Below, piece by piece: positions 28,744-32,000 of a DNA stretch of 32,000 nt. The notes below the pieces were generated by a model, which was not told the origin of the DNA, did not search any database, and saw only the letters and a list, made by a program, of their open reading frames with translations. Origin of the DNA: Saccharolobus solfataricus (lineage in GTDB: Archaea; Thermoproteota; Thermoprotei_A; Sulfolobales; Sulfolobaceae); the NCBI RefSeq assembly GCF_900079115.1, contig NZ_LT549890.1:2100001-2132000 (forward strand), read 5' to 3'. Positions within the stretch are counted from its first letter, which is position 1. The number at the start of each line of letters is the position of its first letter. Position numbers and translations under genes: made by a program.

Positions 28744-28759
28744 AATTGTTGTCCACACT
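28743..28759. repeat. Right terminal inverted repeat of the IS6-family element
   Basis: AAATTGTTGTCCACACT is the exact reverse complement of 27980-27996. Confidence 0.9.
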
Positions 28760-28769
28760 CAGATATGAT

Positions 28770-29241
28770 GGGCGATTCATGTTTCCTTTGCGATTTCAAT
28801 TTGTTTCTCTAAAAATAGATAATAATAATTGATTCTACATTTAGGGTAATGCTAATAATTTGAAGTAACATTAGCTGGGGACGAGCTTGAGGTAATATTA
28901 TGAACCAGATCACACTAAGCATGAAAGACCTCTACACCCACTCTCCGAGCGAGGATGTAGAGGAGCTCAAGAAGTGGTTTAAGCCCAGCAACCTGGCCGA
29001 GTCGTTCAACTCCCTCATCGAACGTAGGAGATTCGGCAAGTTCCACTCTCCTTGGATATTCCAGATCGTGCGGACCATAGCCAATAACTACAATCTATCA
29101 ACCTATTTTCTCATAATTGCAATATTATTGCATTTTACCTTATTCTTCTCATCATAACTGAAATGTATACAATAATTTCTACATTGAATTATCTTTATAC
29201 ATACGAAATATTACAATTTGCAAAGGAAACTTGAATCACCC
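28770..29241 (+). mobile_element. Internally deleted IS remnant (MITE-like, 472 bp) of an unidentified DDE-transposase IS
   Basis: Imperfect 27-bp terminal inverted repeats with 23/27 matches: GGGCGATTCATGTTTCCTTTGCGATTT at 28770-28796 against the reverse complement of 29215-29241 (GGGTGATTCAAGTTTCCTTTGCAAATT). It encloses only a transposase C-terminal fragment. Confidence 0.6.
28900..29157 (+). pseudogene. C-terminal fragment of a DDE transposase
   Basis: NLAESFNSLIERRRFGKF resembles the conserved N..E..N..I+RR block around the catalytic Glu of several DDE families. At 85 aa it is too short to be functional. The codons are GC-rich, unlike the host genes. Confidence 0.55.
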
Positions 29242-29557
29242 AGTTCGAGCCATAGTGTAAAAATAATTAAATCCATATAAATATTCTTTCTCAATAATTT
29301 GGCATAAATCATAAAAGTATTCGTTTATTTTCAATTAAATATGGAAATAAGCCATTATCAAAAAGAAGATGTCGGAATTTTTAACCTTTTTCCACAAAAT
29401 TTTGTTATCTAATTAAAGTAATTAACGAAATGGTATTAAAGGAATTTAAACATCGCTTAAATTTGATCTGCTACCCAAATTTTCATGATTTATTAAAGTG
29501 CCAGAGGCAACTTTAGATACTTACTGTATAATTATATTGTCAAGGTGACATAGCTTT

Positions 29558-30481
29558 ATGAGGAAAGTTATAGTGGATTCAGATACTGCCACTGATGATA
29601 CTATAGCGATATTACTTGCATCCAGATTTTTTCAATTATTAGGTGTAACCATAGTTGCTGGAAATGTAAATTATAATCAAGAGGTTAAGAATGCCCTTTT
29701 TACTTTAGAGTATATTGGTAAGCAGGATGTACCAGTTTATTTAGGCTCACAAAGACCTATCTTAGGAAATTGGAGAACTGTTGAAGAGGTTCATGGAAGT
29801 AATGGAATGAGTAATTGGAACTACCCTGAACCTAATAAAAGGCCAGAGAAAGAGCATGCTATAGATGCCATACTCAGATTATCAAAAGAACATGAAGGTG
29901 AGTTGGAAATACTTGCAATTTCCCCTTTAACAAATATTGCATTAGCCTATCTTAAGGATCCATCAGTTGTTAAACGAGTGAAAAAGATTTGGATAATGGG
30001 TGGTGCATTTTCAAAGGGTAACACTACCCCCATAGCAGAGTTCAATTTTTGGGTAGATCCTGAGGCTGCTAAAATAGTTTTAGATGCAGGATTTGACATC
30101 ACCATAGTTCCTTGGGAAGTTGCCGAAATAAGTGGTTCTTTGAATGAGAGAGACTGGGAATATATCTCTAAGCTTAATACTAAGCTTTCAAACTTTTTTA
30201 TTAACGTTAATAAGACGCTAAAGGAATATACCACTAAGAATCAAGGCATATCTGGCAGTATCCATCCAGATTCCTTAACAGTTTCGATAGCTCATGACAA
30301 CTCTATTATCTTAGATTCTTCTCTAAAGTATGTTGATGTTGAATTATGTTCAAAATCTAGAGGAGCAATGTTAATAGACTGGTACAGTTTACATAAAAAC
30401 AAGCCTAATGCTGAAATTGTACTAAAGGCAGATGGTGGTAAGTTTAAAAATCTTCTATTCAACTCTCTTTCCCAGCTTTGA
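29558..30481 (+). CDS. Nucleoside hydrolase (inosine/uridine-preferring family)
   Basis: N-terminal [18 protein letters not shown] (DxDxxxDD Ca-binding fingerprint), AISPLTNIA, and MGG...GN.T..AEFN. Length 307 aa. Confidence 0.9.
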   Translation: MRKVIVDSDTATDDTIAILLASRFFQLLGVTIVAGNVNYNQEVKNALFTLEYIGKQDVPVYLGSQRPILGNWRTVEEVHGSNGMSNWNYPEPNKRPEKEHAIDAILRLSKEHEGELEILAISPLTNIALAYLKDPSVVKRVKKIWIMGGAFSKGNTTPIAEFNFWVDPEAAKIVLDAGFDITIVPWEVAEISGSLNERDWEYISKLNTKLSNFFINVNKTLKEYTTKNQGISGSIHPDSLTVSIAHDNSIILDSSLKYVDVELCSKSRGAMLIDWYSLHKNKPNAEIVLKADGGKFKNLLFNSLSQL

Positions 30482-30865
30482 GCAATCAGCATATACTATA
30501 ATATTAACGTTTTTTATATCTAAGCCATTTTTGGTTAGATTTTCCATAAAGTTATCCATTTCAATATCTAGATCAATTATTCTGTTAGAATCGATACAAA
30601 AAACATTAACGTGAGGCTTTCTATTAATCTCAAACCAAGTTATGCCGTTTGCCTCAAAAGAATTTAATATTCCAGATTCCTTTAATGTCTCTAACGTATT
30701 ATAAACTGTGGATAAGCTAATGCTAGGTTCTGTTTTTTTAAGTTCTTCGTAAATTTGTTCCCCGCTATAATGGCCCCCTCTCATTATTAGCTTTAGTATA
30801 GCGATTCTTTGTGGTGTCACTTTTAGGTTTCTTTGCCTCAACAAGTTTGCGAGATCAACTTCCAT
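30455..30865 (-). CDS. Fur-family transcriptional regulator lacking the usual Cys/His metal sites
   Basis: [14 protein letters not shown]...[18 protein letters not shown] is the Fur winged-helix signature. Length 136 aa. The C-terminal half keeps a single H..V.C stretch but has no CxxC pairs. Confidence 0.8.
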   Translation of the reverse strand: MEVDLANLLRQRNLKVTPQRIAILKLIMRGGHYSGEQIYEELKKTEPSISLSTVYNTLETLKESGILNSFEANGITWFEINRKPHVNVFCIDSNRIIDLDIEMDNFMENLTKNGLDIKNVNIIVYADCSKLGKRVE

Positions 30866-30968
30866 ACTGTACTCATTTCTATCTTGGAGTAATTTAAAAT
30901 TTCTCCTATCTGCAACTCTCTTATACCTTAAATTTAGGTTTATAAAGTTAAGTGGGTATTATATAATA

Positions 30969-31433
30969 ATGCAGAACTTTAGGGAGCTGTCAATTGATAT
31001 TGTTCTTTCGCATAAAATACGGAACTATGACCAAGTAGTTCTTGATGGTACTAAGAAACGTGATTCATGTGCGTTTTTCATTTATGGCTATTGTAAAAAA
31101 ATTTCGCCAAGAAGTAAAGTTCTTGCTAGCTGGATATCCAATGGAAAGATTATTCCACATCCCCTATTTTGTTATCTATGCCCATTTTACTCATTAAGAG
31201 ATGATGACAAGACTGTAACCGTTGATCTTTTCGATATTTACTTAACATATAAGAATTTAAAGACACAAATTGAAAAAGAATTAGAATTTATAGAGAGTAG
31301 GCTCTCAGAATTTTCATTTTCCACTTCCATAGCATTGAGAAGAAGAAGAGAGGACTTGATAGCTTTTCTTGATGATATTTCAACTAAGAGTAAAATACTT
31401 TTAGAAATAATAAGGATGAGTGAGAGAACATGA
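30969..31433 (+). CDS. Hypothetical Cys4 protein with a C-terminal coiled coil
   Basis: 154-aa ORF with CAFFIYGYC and CYLC motifs. Its stop overlaps the next ATG (ATGA). Confidence 0.45.
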   Translation: MQNFRELSIDIVLSHKIRNYDQVVLDGTKKRDSCAFFIYGYCKKISPRSKVLASWISNGKIIPHPLFCYLCPFYSLRDDDKTVTVDLFDIYLTYKNLKTQIEKELEFIESRLSEFSFSTSIALRRRREDLIAFLDDISTKSKILLEIIRMSERT

Positions 31434-32000
31434 GGGCAGAAGACTTATTTAATGATCCAAAAAGTTATAAGAGATGGTACGAACTCCACTCTAAGCTATA
31501 CGAGAATGAGAGAAATGTAGTTAGAAGTTTTAACCTTAAAGATTGTTTAGATGTAGGATCGGGACCAGATATTTTTCATGAAGAAATTGGAGGAAGAATT
31601 GTAGCTCTGGATATATCGTTACTTATGCTAAAAGAAAGTAAAAGTGACGAGAAAGTGCTAGCTGATGCTTTACATTTACCCTTCAGAGATAACTCATTTA
31701 AATGTGTCTTCAGTTCTGTCACCGTCTGCTTTATAGAAGACGTAAAGGGATTTATAAGGGAGATGGCTAGAATAACTAAAGAAAGAGCAATTATTTGTTT
31801 TATAGCCAGGGATTCTCCGTGGGGTGAATATTATGAGAATCTAGGCAAAAGCGGCCATAAGTATTATTCGCATGCTCGCTTTATATCAAGAAGAGAGTTT
31901 TACGTAATTATAAACGATTTCATGAAAATTTCTAGAATTAGATCCACGCTAAAAAAGATGAGCGAAACAGAAATCGATGGAGTTTATAACGATGATAGTG
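31430..32000 (+). CDS. Class I SAM-dependent methyltransferase (Methyltransf_11-like), 3' end outside the window
   Basis: This ORF is not in the supplied track because it runs off the window end. My own translation from the ATG at 31430 gives MRAEDLFNDPKSYKRWYELHSKLYENE...CLDVGSGPDIF...IVALDISLLML...ADALHLPFRDNSFKCVF, which shows motif I (DVGSG) and post-I/II motifs. There is no stop to base 32000. Confidence 0.75.
   Translation, partial: MRAEDLFNDPKSYKRWYELHSKLYENERNVVRSFNLKDCLDVGSGPDIFHEEIGGRIVALDISLLMLKESKSDEKVLADALHLPFRDNSFKCVFSSVTVCFIEDVKGFIREMARITKERAIICFIARDSPWGEYYENLGKSGHKYYSHARFISRREFYVIINDFMKISRIRSTLKKMSETEIDGVYNDDS

Larger units (their letters stand above)
27980..28759 (+). mobile_element. 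IS6-family insertion sequence (780 bp; size and organisation like the ISC774/ISC735 group of Sulfolobus)
   Basis: Perfect 17-bp terminal inverted repeats: AGTGTGGACAACAATTT at 27980-27996 and its reverse complement at 28743-28759. A single transposase-sized coding region fills the element. No flanking direct repeat was found (TCTAGTTA vs CAGATATG). Confidence 0.8.

Noticed and set aside
2290-30614. Twenty shorter ORFs in the supplied track lie antisense to or inside the long genes. They are 2290..2550, 3047..3256, 3912..4127, 5754..5936, 6051..6242, 8860..9150, 9878..10087, 11681..12034, 12360..12566, 12983..13192, 17795..18010, 19311..19502, 19830..20060, 24084..24413, 25846..26040, 26725..27063, 27199..27594, 29947..30234, 30292..30492 and 30432..30614.
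   Set aside because: Each is fully embedded in a longer ORF on the opposite strand that has clear family motifs. Their translations are low-complexity (S/L/F/I-rich), as expected for the reverse frame of AT-rich or coiled-coil coding sequence. They are shadow ORFs, not genes.
1-32000. I looked for CRISPR arrays, tRNA genes, rRNA genes and other GC-rich structured RNAs.
   Set aside because: I saw no regularly spaced direct repeats and no T-arm-like GGTTCRAATCC segments. The only GC-rich islands outside CDSs are the IS fragments. This was a visual scan only, so tRNAscan or Infernal would be needed for certainty.

Overview
The window looks like a low-GC crenarchaeal chromosome segment, most likely Sulfolobales (Sulfolobus or Saccharolobus). 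This guess rests on gene content (NucS, Nep1, RNase P Rpp21, archaeal DtdA, Nob1-like PIN protein), very short or overlapping gene junctions, TATA boxes about 25 nt upstream of start codons, and ISC-type insertion sequences. About 40 tightly packed protein genes are mostly housekeeping: redox, RNA processing, cofactor and nucleotide metabolism, and transporters. I found no rRNA, tRNA or CRISPR array. The only clearly accessory stretch is 27.98-29.24 kb. It holds an IS6-family element with perfect 17-bp terminal inverted repeats and a frameshifted transposase. Next to it is a 472-bp internally deleted IS remnant whose transposase fragment is much more GC-rich than its surroundings. I see no convincing multi-gene defence island. 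The best candidates for under-described biology are: (1) a lipid-type glycosyltransferase followed by a tight operon of unknown protein, radical SAM/SPASM enzyme and 2-TM protein (3.6-7.2 kb); (2) a C/D-box sRNA-like motif in the 124-bp gap inside that cluster; (3) a compact 587-aa Rad50/SMC-like ATPase with a CxxC hook at its exact midpoint (26.2-27.9 kb); (4) a DAO-family flavoenzyme translationally coupled to D-aminoacyl-tRNA deacylase; (5) an RNA-processing island that includes a DUF371 gene. All functional calls come from motif recognition by eye, and no database search was possible.
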